From Epiperipatus broadwayi (taxonomy: Eukaryota > Animalia > Onychophora), in assembly GCA_028023455.1 (NCBI GenBank), contig JAQFVV010000008.1, positions 8,742,001 through 8,806,000 on the forward strand: a stretch of DNA of 64,000 nt, read 5' to 3'. The notes under the pieces are model-generated. The model was not told where the DNA came from, ran no database searches, and saw nothing but the letters and a program-made list of their open reading frames with translations. This document shows positions 36,269-49,700 of the stretch, one piece after another (position 1 is the first letter of the stretch; each line of letters starts with the position of its first letter). The position numbers and the translations under genes are program-made.

Positions 36269-37915
36269 GGTAATCATTTGAAATCTGGACATAGCCACCT
36301 GAATGCCGTTTCTGCGGCCAGCCTTATGGCTAATATAACATTTATGTTGTATTAACCACATTGCAGTCCACTTTATATGACCTTGCACAAAAATATTACG
36401 GCCTGTTTTGTGCTTCGAAACTATTTATGCATATTTGTTCTATTCATAGCTGATTACCGTATCGCTTGAGGGTGTTTGAATTTGAAGTCGGTACAACTTT
36501 TCAAATCTCCATAATAGAGTAATATCATTTATATTTAAATGTGGTTACTTACTAATAATTGTCATATGGTCCCCATACTTGCCTAAAAAAATGTTAATAT
36601 GTAAAAAATTGGCAAAGGGTATGTTCGAACATGCTTCGAGAAAGCTCACATGCTAAGTCATATTTCAGCGTGGAAAATATATGAGACTTATAAAACGTCT
36701 GAGAAGAATGTACAATTTTTAAACTTTTCAGAATTGCAGAGTACAAAAAGTGAGGGAGACTGTGTCCTTTTTTCAGGAACATAATGTCCTCACAAATACC
36801 AGACTGTTTTTATTACAGCAATAAAATAATAAATAAGTTCACAAAGTCCAAAGAATGTGTACTTTTTTTTTTATTTCATTAGAAATTGACAAGTATTTGG
36901 ATGATCTTTTTTCAGTGGGGTTAAAATAAATTACTATTTTTGTTGACTTTTTGTTAATAATAGCAGAGTATGAAAGCCCCCCAAAAAAGCAGTTTATTGT
37001 AGAAGCCAAAAAAAAAAAGTTAATTAAAAAAAAACATAAATAATAGTAAAAAGTGAGAAAAAGTTGTTGAAAAAAAAAAAAAGAAATTATTGACTTTTTG
37101 TTACAATTATTTTTCAGAGTGAGGGGGTTTGAAAACAATTTTACTTTTGATTTAATAAGAAGAAAAACAATTTGGTCAACCAAAAAAAAAAAAGGGGGGG
37201 GTAGGAAAAATTTGAAACAATTCCCAAATAATTGCATTATATTTTTTCAGCAGGGTTAAAACAAGTGGGGTTAAAATAAATGACTATTTTTGTTTACTTT
37301 TTGTTAATAATAACAGTACGAAAGCCCCCAAAAAAGCTGTTTATTGTAGAAGGAAAAAAAAAAGGCTAATTCAAATGAAATATAAATAAAAGTAAAAAGT
37401 GAAAAAAAGTTGTTTAAAAAAAAAGTTATTGACTTTTTGTTACAATTATTGATCCGAGGGTGGGGGTTTCATAACAATTTTTTAACCCCCAACAACACAA
37501 AAATTACTTTTGATTTAATAATAAAAAGAAAAACAATTTAGTCAACCAAAAAAAAAAAGTAGAACAAACTCGAAATAAGTCCCAAATAATTGTATTATAT
37601 TTTTTCGGAGGGTTAAAACAAGTTTTTTCATCGTGAAACAGTCCACAGTTGTTAAAATCAGAAAAATAAACACAAAATTAAATTACCAAAATTTGTTGAA
37701 TAAAAAAAAATGTCAGGTTAAAAAAAAAAAATGAATATAAAGATTTGTTTAATAAAAAAGAAATCATGTTATAAATGAAATAAAAATTTGTTTAATCAAA
37801 AAAAAAAATCATGTTCTATAAAAAAAAGTTGCGGCGGCCTGATAACGTTACATTTGATTGAGTTTGTATAGCATCAACGCCCTAAGTGGCCGTGCCCGGA
37901 TTTCAGATGATTATC
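36269..37915 (+). mobile_element. Merlin-like non-autonomous DNA transposon B (1647 bp)
   Basis: TIRs ggtaatcatttgaaatctggacatagccacc... / ...gtggccgtgcccggatttcagatgattatc. Perfect 8-bp TSD ATATTACT (36261-36268, 37916-37923). Relic 'EGDCVLF-QEHNVLTNTRL' (~36750-36805) resembles a Merlin transposase N-terminus. Confidence 0.82.
36915..37620 (+). repeat. ~350-bp A-tract-rich tandem dimer inside Merlin-like element B
   Basis: gtggggttaaaataaat(t/g)actatttttgtt...aaagcccc(c)caaaaaagc(a/t)gtttattgtagaag... starts at ~36915 and again at ~37265. Confidence 0.85.
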
Positions 37916-39299
37916 ATATTACTTTTTAACAATGTATGTTTTAACTTATAAAAAACATAAAATTAGTTAAAAGCAATTAAATTTATAATGTAAATGAATA
38001 AGTGTCTGGATCAGATAGATGTGAAATTCAGATAGGTGCATGTGACTTTCTTAACTTCTGCTTTTATACAAGTCATGTGATTGATTTTCATTGATGTAAT
38101 TGACATGAGATACATCCAAATTAACCATATTAATCAAAAAGTCAAAACCTTTCAGTAACTATTGAAAAATTACTAAAAATAGATTTAATTAATATAATTC
38201 CAGAACTTTCTGGAGACAATGTCTAGACAGAAAATATAAACAATCAATTAATTAATAATTACATCATGTTTAAATGATTTTTTAACAAGTTATTTAATAG
38301 ATTTAAATATATTATGATAAATTAAAAATATTATTTAATTACATAAAATTGGCATTACTTCATAAAATAAACTTATCAAAGAATATTTTAAATATATTTT
38401 TTTTTGTTCGTAAGGTCTCAGTAAATATTATTTATCTTTAAAATAATGACAATTTTAAACATTAACAATTAATAACTTCGAATGTTAAGCTTTAATCAAG
38501 AAGTATTAAAGAATGTTGGACAGCTTCACACATACACTACATACATACTGGTATTTAATTCTTTATTTAATAATATTAACCTGAATATAAGCTAATTTAA
38601 ATTATTGGTTTCAAATTACAAACTTTTTAACTGGCTAAACTTTAGAGATTTTGTAATTAAAATTAGATTGCAATTCTATTTGATCAAATAATGCTCTCTA
38701 TTGGCACTAATTTAAATATTTAAGACCTACTTTAAAGTTTACACTTAATTTAAAGTCCTCTGATATTTACATTTAATAAAATATAACAACTAAACTAAGA
38801 TAATTTCAGCTTTAATTCTCCAAAATTAGACTCATTAGTACTAAGTCAGTAATAACTTTATGACTAAATATTTAAAATTATAAAAGTTATTTATGGGATT
38901 TAGACATAAAATTACACTTAATGATTATTTCTAAGCTATGGATATTATAATAATCATTCTAAAAATGCGAATCAGTTATATAAACACTTCATTATTATTT
39001 AGAAACAAAGTTTATTTATTGGAAAATTAAATTATTGAAAAAAAAAAAACAACTTTTTTTAAAAATATGACATCACAAAATTTGGCATTCAGTTTTAATG
39101 CAAAAGATGAGGGTCCCAATATATATACAGATGAAATATTAAATAAATAAATAATTAACCTCATTTCCTGGGGTGTATAGTTTTTCTTTTAAAACATTTA
39201 ATTTATAAAGACAAATAAATTTCTGAAGGGAGTTTATCTTCCATAAAAAAAAGTTTTAATCCATTATGATTCTTCCTTTTTCTCTTAAAATTGACAATA

Positions 39300-39760
39300 A
39301 GCTCAGGACAGCAGGCATCCTCCTCATATGGAAGACTACAAAGTAAAATGATATGGTGATATAAGAATTTTATATAAACATCTTCGCAGTCCTTTTTTTA
39401 ACAGACAAACATTGACACTCAGCAACCAATTTACTCATCCAGGTAGTTTGTTTCCATTAAATTATCCATCAGTATTCTAGCAATGTAATAATTAGCAATT
39501 CATGCAATGACAATGATTACTCCCTGGCACTGATTTTTGCACTATGTAATTAATTATGTTTGTACAGCTCTCACCATCAATCCAGTCTTTCAGACAGGGC
39601 TTTAACTAAACACTTTCCCACTTAAATATTTCTTTTAAAAAACACAGCTTCTCAATCAAAGCTTGTTTTTTTTTCTTTCTAGCCAAACAATAATCCAGCT
39701 TTTGACTTTAGTTTTAGAACCACATAAAAAAGTTGAATCATTTCATCTCGTCTTGTTTTT
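39300..39760 (-). mobile_element. Decayed L2/CR1/Jockey-type RT fragment
   Basis: Minus strand 'LIEKL...KW...LKD.....SVP-GS' and 'W...LSVKKRTAKM' resemble 'LL.KL...W..S.L.DR...GVPQGS' and 'W...N.L.LN..KT..M'. Confidence 0.33.
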
Positions 39761-39860
39761 CTTTATTATATTTTTATCTAATTTAATCACTAGATAAGTC
39801 TTTTAATTAATTAATGACAATAATATTACAAGAAACCATATATATATATAATATCAAGTG

Positions 39861-40132
39861 ATATAAATATAATAAACAAAATACACTAGAATAACTCTAC
39901 AAAATTAAAAATGCCTATATAAAATTTAAAAAATAATTTCTTTGCTATAGCCAACTTATGGCTTCTTCCGCCATCTTGAGTAGCAATACAACGTTGATAT
40001 TTAAATCTCATTAATGTTAATGATGGCAGAAGAAGCCATAAGCTGGCTATAGCAAAAAAATTATTTTTTTAATTTTATACAGGCATTTTTAATTTTGTAG
40101 TTATTCCAGTGTATTTTGTTTAATATATATAT
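39861..40132. repeat. ~270-bp foldback palindrome (~115-bp arms, ~45-nt spacer) with a degenerate hammerhead-like core
   Basis: aaacaaaatacactagaataac..tacaaaattaaaaatgcct...gctatagccaacttatggcttcttccgccatc / gatggcagaagaagccataagctggctatagc...aggcatttttaattttgtagttattccagtgtattttgttt. Confidence 0.85.
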
Positions 40133-42489
40133 AATCAATACAAGGAAAATATATATATTTCAGGATCTCTGTAACTTTGATAAAAGAAAGCAAAATTCTT
40201 TTAATTCTACTTCTCTATAAGATAAAAAAAACAACAACAATATTCTCCTTTTTAAAATTATAAATATATAAAACAAATAAAATATAATGGTGAACAAAAA
40301 ATATAAAAATAAAATTCTTAAAGTTAAATTTTCTTACAGTTATGCCACATATGTGCATATATTATATCTATAGACATATACATTTATTCTTAATCTATAT
40401 CTCCCTTTTTCAAGATTTCTATTCTGCTTTGTTTGAGGAAAAGATATGTATTTAGATATCATTGATGTTAACTTGTGATGGAATTCAATTATCATCCTCT
40501 CAGTCACAAACATTAGTTAATATGGTCATAGTAAAATTCATGTTTAGCTTTTTATTCTTTGTCTTTCTATCCTCATTTTCTTCTAAAGCTAGAATAGCAA
40601 TACTAGTTTATGAGTGGCTGTACATGGTGATAAGGATGTTAAAAAGCTATTAAAGTCTATTAACATAACAAAAGCACTAGAAAAATTTCATTTAAAAATG
40701 CTCTGTAAAATTCTAAAAATATAGTGACAAAATCAAAAGACTCTTCAGCATTCTTAAAGCAATGCTAGTAAATCAATAACTGTAAAAGCACTTTTATTGC
40801 AATAGGATATATAAAATGAATAAATGGTAACAGGCTTCTTAAAAAAAAGTATTAAACTTGAACTGAGTTTTCTTAAGAGGGCCAAAGTGAATTTTTTTAT
40901 TATAAAGTTTAACTTAAAGACACTTTAAATGAGCATTATTTATTGTTTTCATGAGAAGGATATAGCTGAAAATACATGCAATGGAGAGCTATAATTAGGC
41001 AAAAACTAGTTTTTCAAACAGTAATGTTTTCTACAGAAGAAATTAAAACAACAACACAAAGTATCAAACAAACAGACTAAAGACTAGTATGTGATATATG
41101 TGGAGGATAAGTCTTTTATAAATTAATTCATCACAAAGTTCATCATTTACTTTTTATTCTTTGTCATTTTATCATTAATGTTTTCTTCTGAAGTTAAAAT
41201 ATCCATATTAGAGTAAGAATGACTACTAATGATGATTAAAAATAATGCTGGAAAAACACTAAATTATATAAAAATATAAGCAAAAACACTCCTCATATTT
41301 AATTTTTTAGATCATAAACACTATACATGTATATGTGCTTATAGTATGTGAGTGCAATTTCTAAAATTAAAATTTCATTTTTAATCAAATTTAATTTGTA
41401 GGAATGTATCTATCAAATTATTAAAAACCTGTAACAAGAATTAATACAATGCAAAAAAAAAAAATTAATTTATCAATTTCCTGGAATCATTATAGCAACA
41501 AGTTTATTTTCAATTATAAAGCCACTTTGTATAGTTCCTTATAATCAAAATATATGAAACATGAATTGTTCAGAAGTAGTCAGATAAATACAAATTTTTA
41601 ATTATTTGATAAATAATGTAAGCTATACAAAGAACTTCCCAACAATGTCATGCTCGTTTTTAACTGTCTTTTCATTGAAGAAGATTCAAGTAGATGGTCA
41701 AAGAGATAGAATTTGATCGCATTTTTAAAATGTGAATGTATAATATAGATTTTTTTGTTGTTGTTATTAAAAGCAAGGGCGGTCTTTCATTTCATTATAT
41801 AAGATATATTGCCTATTTGTTTAATCATAATAATACATAATTACTATATTTGTGATTTTTCTTTTACATTAAAAAAAAAATTATTCACATGAAAAAAATA
41901 ATGATAGATGAATACATGTTTTTGTGAGGTGATTAAAAAAAATGCTACTGTACTAATTTTTTAAATAAGACTTTTAGGCTTTTTATTATTATTATTATAA
42001 AAATATGCATGTCAGTTATTCCATTACTAACATTATTTAAAATGTAATGAATAACAAGAATATGCTGTGGATATGTATATAATTATAAATATATTCTTAA
42101 ATAAATACATAAATGCAAATATTATTTTAAAATAAATAATTCAAACCATCTTTATATAAATCATTTTCAGTAGATTATTTACTGTTATATAGCACTATTG
42201 AAAAAAAAAAGTAGTAAAAATATAATTAAATAATCATTTTCAGGCAAATATACAAAAAATACATGTCAATGTTATAGGGAAAGGCTTTTTAAAACTAATC
42301 TGACGCAAAATAGAGGGGGAAAAAATCCAAATGGTTTCATCGTTTTTTTTAAAAAATTAATTCACAAACTTTTTTTTGCTATTCATTAATAAAAATTAAT
42401 CCTAATTGACTTTCTATTATATACATATTCCAGTACAATTTTGGAAATCAGTATCTTTGAACTTCTGAACAAATAGTTGTTATGGCTTT

Positions 42490-45400
42490 TTATTTAGTAC
42501 CTATAACTGCAGATCACTTTCAAATGAACGAAAATTATAAATATTGGAATGGGCTATTGTTGGATTTTATGAAATTAGAAAAAAAAAATGAAAAGACAGT
42601 TGATTTAAAAATTGGACTTATACTTTATTATAAGGGCATAAATATTGAAAAAAGAAGTGGGAAATAATGGTATATCAGAGTGGCAAGATTAATTATTCAA
42701 TTTAATGGACAATTTCAAATGCAGGTAATTCAGATTTATATTCCAACAAATTCTCATTATGATGAAAAAATGGACGATTTTTATAAAGGTATGCAAAATG
42801 GTTCATCAGATTAAACAACATTTTACAACTGTCATGGAAGATTTTAATGCTAGAATTGGTAATTAATGAAAGATAAAAATGATGTTTGTAAATTAAGTCA
42901 TGATGATAAAAAAAAGTGGAGTTTGCAGAAAAATACTATAGAGAAATGACTATGAAAGTATTTAAATGGAAAAACAGAATTGAATTATATGTTGAGTAGC
43001 AGAAAGATTGACTGTAATATTCTTAATAGATTCAATACAGAAAATAATCATCGATTAGTGACATAAAAGATATGTATGTACTAATGCAAAATTAGAGATG
43101 AAAATTATTCAGAAAATCAGTATTAATGATAATATTCCTAATTTTCAAAAACCATTAAATTTAAAATAGAACTTGCAAACCATTAAAAAATATTAATATA
43201 CTTCAAAAATGATTCAGATTTGAATGAAATCAATAAGATGATGTCTGACACTCTATTAAGAACTGCAAACAAGATAGCTGGTATATATAAAACAAAGCAG
43301 CAATTTACCAGTAAATTTTCTACTGAGACGAGAACATGTGTAATGAAAATAAGGAAAATATTTTTTTTTTAAAAAAAAAAGAACCATTAAAAAGAATGAA
43401 ATATCTCAAATTTTGCAAAATGATAAGAAAAAAAGTTAATAACATTATAACAAAATATAATTGTAAATTAATACAGAAAATTATATATAAAAAAAAAAGT
43501 CCCAAAAGTATAAAACAATATTCTGATATTGAAAGAAAAGTTATTTCTGCAATTAGAAGTTACCAAAAAAGAGAGATGAATCATGAAATCTGTGGGAAAG
43601 TTGTATAAAGAATTGTATAGCAATAGAGAACAAGAAAATGAAAAATCTCATACGGTTACTACATCTTATGAATGGGTCAACATTTTAAATGAAGAAATGA
43701 TGTTAAATTAAATCTATGAAGAAGGGAAAATCTCCAAAAAAAGAATCAATTATTATTGCTATCTTAAAAAAAGCAAGTAAAGAAATAAATTGCTGGCAAA
43801 GTTATAAACCAAATGTCTAAATCAGTGGTCTTCAACCACCAGGCCGCAGACCAGCACCGGGTCGCAGAAGTTTTCTGCTGGTCCGCAGCTAGACTGGCAT
43901 AATAACAAAATAATATGATTTTAAACTTTTAATTAATATGAACAATTTTTATTTATTTTTTCATCACATTTTTTCCCGATTAAAAAAAAGAAACAGAACA
44001 AAAACAAAATCTAATCAATCATACATAAATTAATTTGTTTTTCTATTTATCACAGATGTTTATGGTGGGGGGGGGGGGTAGAAAAAGTTTTTTATTATAC
44101 AAACTCTGGTTGTCTTTTGATAGCCAATCACGGCTGCTTGTCAGCATTGTTAAAACAATAAAATGTAACGTGACTTTTTTTTATCTCTTAAATTTTTTCT
44201 ACTCTCTCTTTTAATATTTCATTTTTAGTGTTTTTTTTGGCTTTAACTTTTACTTTGAAAATCAATTTTTATTACCTTTCTTTTTTAAATAAAAACCAAA
44301 AAATAAGTTCTAAATAAGTTCTGTCTCTAACATTTACATAGTATTTCTCAATATACTGCCACCACCCCAAAATACAGTAAGATCAAAACTTTTGACTTTT
44401 TCAAGCTTCGTTTTCTTTCTTTTTTTTGTTTAAAAATACGCCCACTTTTTTTTGGCCTATAAGGCAATATTTTTTTTAGCTTTATTTGTATACCGATAAA
44501 ATACTAAAACTTTTATTTTTAAAACCAATTTTTGTTATCTTTTTTAAAAAATAAAAACAAACAAAAAATAACTTTGGTGTCTATCTTTTGTCTCAGTTGA
44601 TGACAAAGTATTTTTCAACCCCCCCCCCCCCCAAAAAAATAAGATCAAAACTTTTGACTTTTTCAACATTCAGGTGAATAACATTTTATTCTTGCATGTT
44701 TTAACAATGAAATAATAAACGTAAAATGCAAGCACATTAATGAGAACGATTGTTATTGTATGTTTTCTGTAGCAGTATGACTGTGCAACTCGAGAAAGAG
44801 TGTTCAACATGTGAAGGTAAGCAACACCATTATTATACACATTAACTAATGTGCTGTTTTGGTTAGTTATAACAATTATGCTTATCTAAGGCTAAGCAGG
44901 TTACACCTTTAAGAAAATTTATCTGTAAACTTCTGCCGGTCCACAAAATCTTATCCTTATTTTTACCGGGCCACAGGGGTGAAAAGATTGAAGACCACTG
45001 GTCTAAATAATAATGGTGTACCGGATGATTAAAACAACGCAGTAATAATATTGATGTTTAAGAAATGTTATAAAAAAAAAATACTGTAAATTACAGAGCT
45101 ATCAGTCTTATATAAGTTCTATACAAAATCTTTACCAAGATAATTACAATTTGTCTACAGTTAACTTTACATTCTAATCAACTAAAATAATATGTTGAAT
45201 TTAAAACCAGCTTTAATATAATAGATCACATCCAAGTTTAAAAGAAGTTATAAAAAAATCCAACGAATATTAAACATAACGCTTTAAATTTATACATTAT
45301 GAAAAGACATTTGATTCTATAAGCAACTTTATAGTAATTTAAAACAGTGGATTATTAAGATATAGAACAAGGATATTACCATAGTCTGAATAATAATTAT

Positions 45401-45510
45401 CAAAATGCAATAATAATCATTAGTTTACATAGTGATATTAAGGTTAACATTGACAAAAGGTGTATGATAAGATGTTTCTACATTTCCAAAACTTTTTTAC
45501 AGGAGTTTTA
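42490..45510 (+). mobile_element. Decayed RTE-clade LINE (APE endonuclease plus RT domains 0-4), 3'-truncated, interrupted by a hAT MITE
   Basis: 'STYNCRSL', 'QVIQIYIPT...DDFY', 'MEDFNARIG' (APE). After the MITE: 'CLNNNGVPDD*NNAVIILMFKK', 'NYRAISL..VLYKIFTKII', 'IDHIQ', 'YEKTFDSI', 'KGV**D..FPKLFT' (RT). No YADD motif; many stops and frameshifts. Confidence 0.87.
43823..45000 (-). mobile_element. hAT (Buster-type) non-autonomous element, long form (1178 bp), same family as 11502-12019, opposite orientation
   Basis: TIRs cagtggtcttcaacc...gattgaagaccactg. Perfect TSD GTCTAAAT (43815-43822, 45001-45008). Inserted in the RTE RT coding region. Confidence 0.92.
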
Positions 45511-46720
45511 CAAGAATTATTTATTTATTTTTGGTTATTCGAGTTGCGAATTTGGGGTAATTTGATTATTTATTGACCAGTTTAGGTTTAGATTTTTAAT
45601 GTTTACATATATTAAATTAAAAGCTATAAATCTATTTGATTCCTGGCACAGATCAGTAATATTTTATTAATGATGACATTTACTACATTTTTAAAGTTAT
45701 TTTTCAAGAAGTACATATATATGAAAGAACTATTTTATTGCTGATATTAATATCTCCAACATATTTAAAAATATTTAGATGATATAAAAAAAATTAATAA
45801 TTACAAGGCAACCAGTGACTATATTATTCAGATGATATTAGATATTTCTTAGAAATACTGCTTTTTGTGAAGTTAGCAAATTTATGTTTATAAGTTGGTT
45901 ATTTATTATTTACATTAACTACATAGATTAATATTTATGCATTTAACATTATTTAAAATATATTTTAAAAAACATAATAAATACATAATTTATATCAAAA
46001 ACTTGTTTCAGATTTTTGGATATAGTAATTTATTTCTTGAAATAATGGTATTAAAGTTTAATGCATCAATCTTCTTATAATTACATTGAATATGATATAT
46101 TTCATTCATAAGAAAACTTTTATAATACAATATTACTATGTTGCAATTGTCATTCACCACATTACTTTGCAAATTAAATCTTTCTTGTCAAATAATTTTT
46201 AATTCAAGTAGTTTTAATAAATGACTTGTATGAATTATCAAAAAGTAAGGCTAAGGATGAATTTTATTTTTAATAATTCTCTAGCACAAGTTATCACCTA
46301 TTTAAAAATGTTACTTCATATCACTTGATAATATAAATTTTTGATCAACAGCAGCTAAATAAATATTTGAAAAACCAAATACTATTAAACTTATCTGCTA
46401 TTATTGCAAGCATTTATATCTATTATATAAATAATCTCTATAAAAAGTCCTTGAGTATAAAATGTATATAAGCATAAACACAAAATAGTTATCAAAAATT
46501 TAAATTGAATGCAATATATCTTATGTACACATAACAGCAAGAGTGACTATGTAAATGAAAAATAGTTTTAACAACATGACCAAAAATTTTATTTATTTTT
46601 TTATATCAAAATTTACACTTTATATATTCTAAAAAAAAAATTCTTAGAAAATAACCATACAACTACTTAATTATAACTGATGCATATATTCACATATATA
46701 CACTTTTCATGCTTACATAA

Positions 46721-49700
46721 TGTGTCAGACAGTCTTAAATGACAGGCACAAGATGGCTGCAAGCATGATTACAGCCCAAGTAAAAATGTATATATAACAT
46801 ATAATAAGGGAGATTGGTCTGTGTAGATATATTTTCTCTTTTGCTTAGACACAAAATATATATTAAAGATGTAATTATAAATATGCAATTTTTTTGTATG
46901 CATTGGTGAAGCTGTAATTATAATATAAGGTTTAATATGCCAGCTTAGCGCTTTCAAGATTTAATATTCAAATTTCATACTCATAGTTTTACGAATGAAG
47001 ACTGTTGTGATTTATTTTACACATATGCAAATGAGCTTGAATTTTTAATTAGTTAGTCCATTGTTTGGAGAGAGAAAAGCATGCCTTACGTACAACAAAT
47101 TATCATATATTTTTGTTTTTATAGTTTTGTAATCAGAGTTTGTTATTTCGATACATGTAAACATGGTGGGATATAAGTTTATTCATGGAATCTTAAAAAT
47201 AATAAGTTATCCAACAGTTGTACATTTTATATTTTTTCTTATATTGTCGAAGTTTTTTTTTGTTTTATATATTTTTCTTTTGGAAGCTTAAACCAAGTTT
47301 AAGTTTTCCAACATTTGTACATTTTATTTCTTTTATATATTTTTGAAGTTTGGTTTTATTTACCGCAGGCAAGTCAATGACCTTTTTATTGTATTATATT
47401 GTAAAAAGAAAAATTTAGAAATGCATTAGTAGTCATACAGCTTGACACCTTTGGGAATGTAATTAGAAAAGTACGGAAAAGGAATTTAAATGCATTAGTG
47501 GACTGAAAAACTCTAGATTAATTGTAAAGATAAAAGACTTTTTTAAGACAAAAATTTTCTAATCAAAGCCAGTAATAGAAGAAAAAAAGAGAGGGAAGAA
47601 AAATAAGTTAAGCTATGTGTATTGTTTAAACACATGAGTAATTAGTTAAAAATGCCAAAGCAATAGTCCATGGAGGGAATAAAAAAATATTATAAGCAGT
47701 TGTTCAGGAGGTTTGAAAAAAGGAAAAAAGCTAGTCTTCCCAGGTAGTTGGAGGGAGTTTTTTCTTGCAGTTGACTTGTGAAGTCTTTAAGTCGGGAGGA
47801 AAGAACATAAGGATTGAAAGGAGTAGGAGAAGTCATCTTACAATCCACTTAATCTGAGAAAGCTATAACCATGATAACAGACTAATAAAAACAAGATTAA
47901 GCATGAAGATCATTAAAAAAAAGCCAAAGTAATAGCGAATGGAATTTTAAAACTAAATTGAAATCCCTGTTGATTTATTAAAGAAAACACCGGAGCGTAT
48001 ACATTGACACGCCACCTGAAACAACGGAAATGAGAGAGAGAATAAATTTGTGCATGAAAGAACTAATACTTGATCATATTTATTTGCTGAAGAATGGGAT
48101 CAAATTTCAAGTGTCACCTGCAAATAACTATGGAGTAGAAAACCACTTCAGTACACCTGCCATGCACAAATCCAGTCTAGCCACGGAAATGTGACTTTCA
48201 AGCTCCAATAAAATATAGCTATTCTGAACAATTTGCCAATGCACCATTGGGATAAGACCAGAAATCACCTGTCCAGCATATTATATAGCCCATTCAGAAG
48301 CCTCTAGCCCGGAGAAGAATGAAGCCTTCAGAAAGTATAATCCTTAACTTTCAAGCTTCAATAAAATATAGCTGTTCTGAACAATTTGCCAATGCACCAT
48401 TGGGATAAGACCAGAAATCACCTGCCCAGCATATTATATAGCCCACTCAGAAGCCCCGAGCCCGGGGAAGAATAAAGCCTTCAGGAAGTATAAATTTTTT
48501 TTTGTTTTATTACTGAGCTAATTAAAATCTATTTAATCTCTTTTTTTATTTTTTTTTTATTTACGTAATTTCTTGCGTTATTTGCCTAACATATGTGAAT
48601 TCAATATTTAATAATATAATAAAAACCACCTACCTTGTGGGAAGTAGGTTTACTAACCTAAATGTTATATCGTTCGATGGGCATCTGCCTGTCTATTTAT
48701 ATATTTTTTTTGTAATATATCCGCTATGAGCAGGGTACAAAGATTATCATTCATTTTGATACATAATATTGATATAATAGGTAAATGAAAGTAAGCTTGC
48801 TAACTCAGGTAATATCTTAGCTGATTGGCATGTGTATGTAGCCCTTAGATAACTTTCTTTTGTATATTTTATCCGTGATGTGCAACATTCTCTAATCATA
48901 ATTCACTGTAATTTTATATTTTTTTATAGTAATTTCTTATAGTTCTATATCTTATCCGCTATGTGGCAGGATATATCTACGGAAATGTTCCATGTTGAGT
49001 ATTCTCGAGTTACGGCTAAATTATATAGATCAAATGGGAACCTAACTTTTTAAATCATCTTAATCAAGGATGGGGTTATTTGCTTAAACATACATATGCC
49101 ACAGCCAGCATTCATTTTATATTGTTTACATAACAATTTATGATATACGAGATTCCAATATGTGTGGGTAAAAAAGAAACTCGGACCATAATGTTTTATT
49201 TTTATTGATTTATTTAATGTCTTATAAGTTTTATTTTTGAGGACCATAATGTTTTATTTTTATTGATTTATTTAATGTCTTATAAGTTTTATTTTTGATT
49301 TTTAATCATCATTTCAAATAAAAGTACACCTGGGTCTCGTTTTATGTGGTAGATAGGTTCCTCAAAAAAGGCGCACAAAAATAAATGTAACTTACCTTGA
49401 AAAATAGGGGATAGGTTCTGTAATTTTCTAAATCGGCATAAAAGCAAAGCAACAAGAAAAAATTACTTTAAAATGCGCATTAAAAAAATAAGGAAATAAA
49501 ATATGACTAATAAAAAATTTCAATTATTCGATAAAAAATTAATACAAGACAAACTTTTTTTTACTTTTTTTATTAACTACAGTATTTAATTTTACATTTT
49601 TTCATACATATTTTAATCATTACCGCTATTAGACAATATGCGTTCGTTTGTGAACTAATAAGAAAGCAGATTCGTGATGTGATGTACAACTAGCGTCACT

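Noticed and set aside
40430-40660. Possible RTE endonuclease fragment on the minus strand ('ALEENED...EFYY')
   Set aside because: Only two short motif echoes across a frameshift; not distinguishable from chance.
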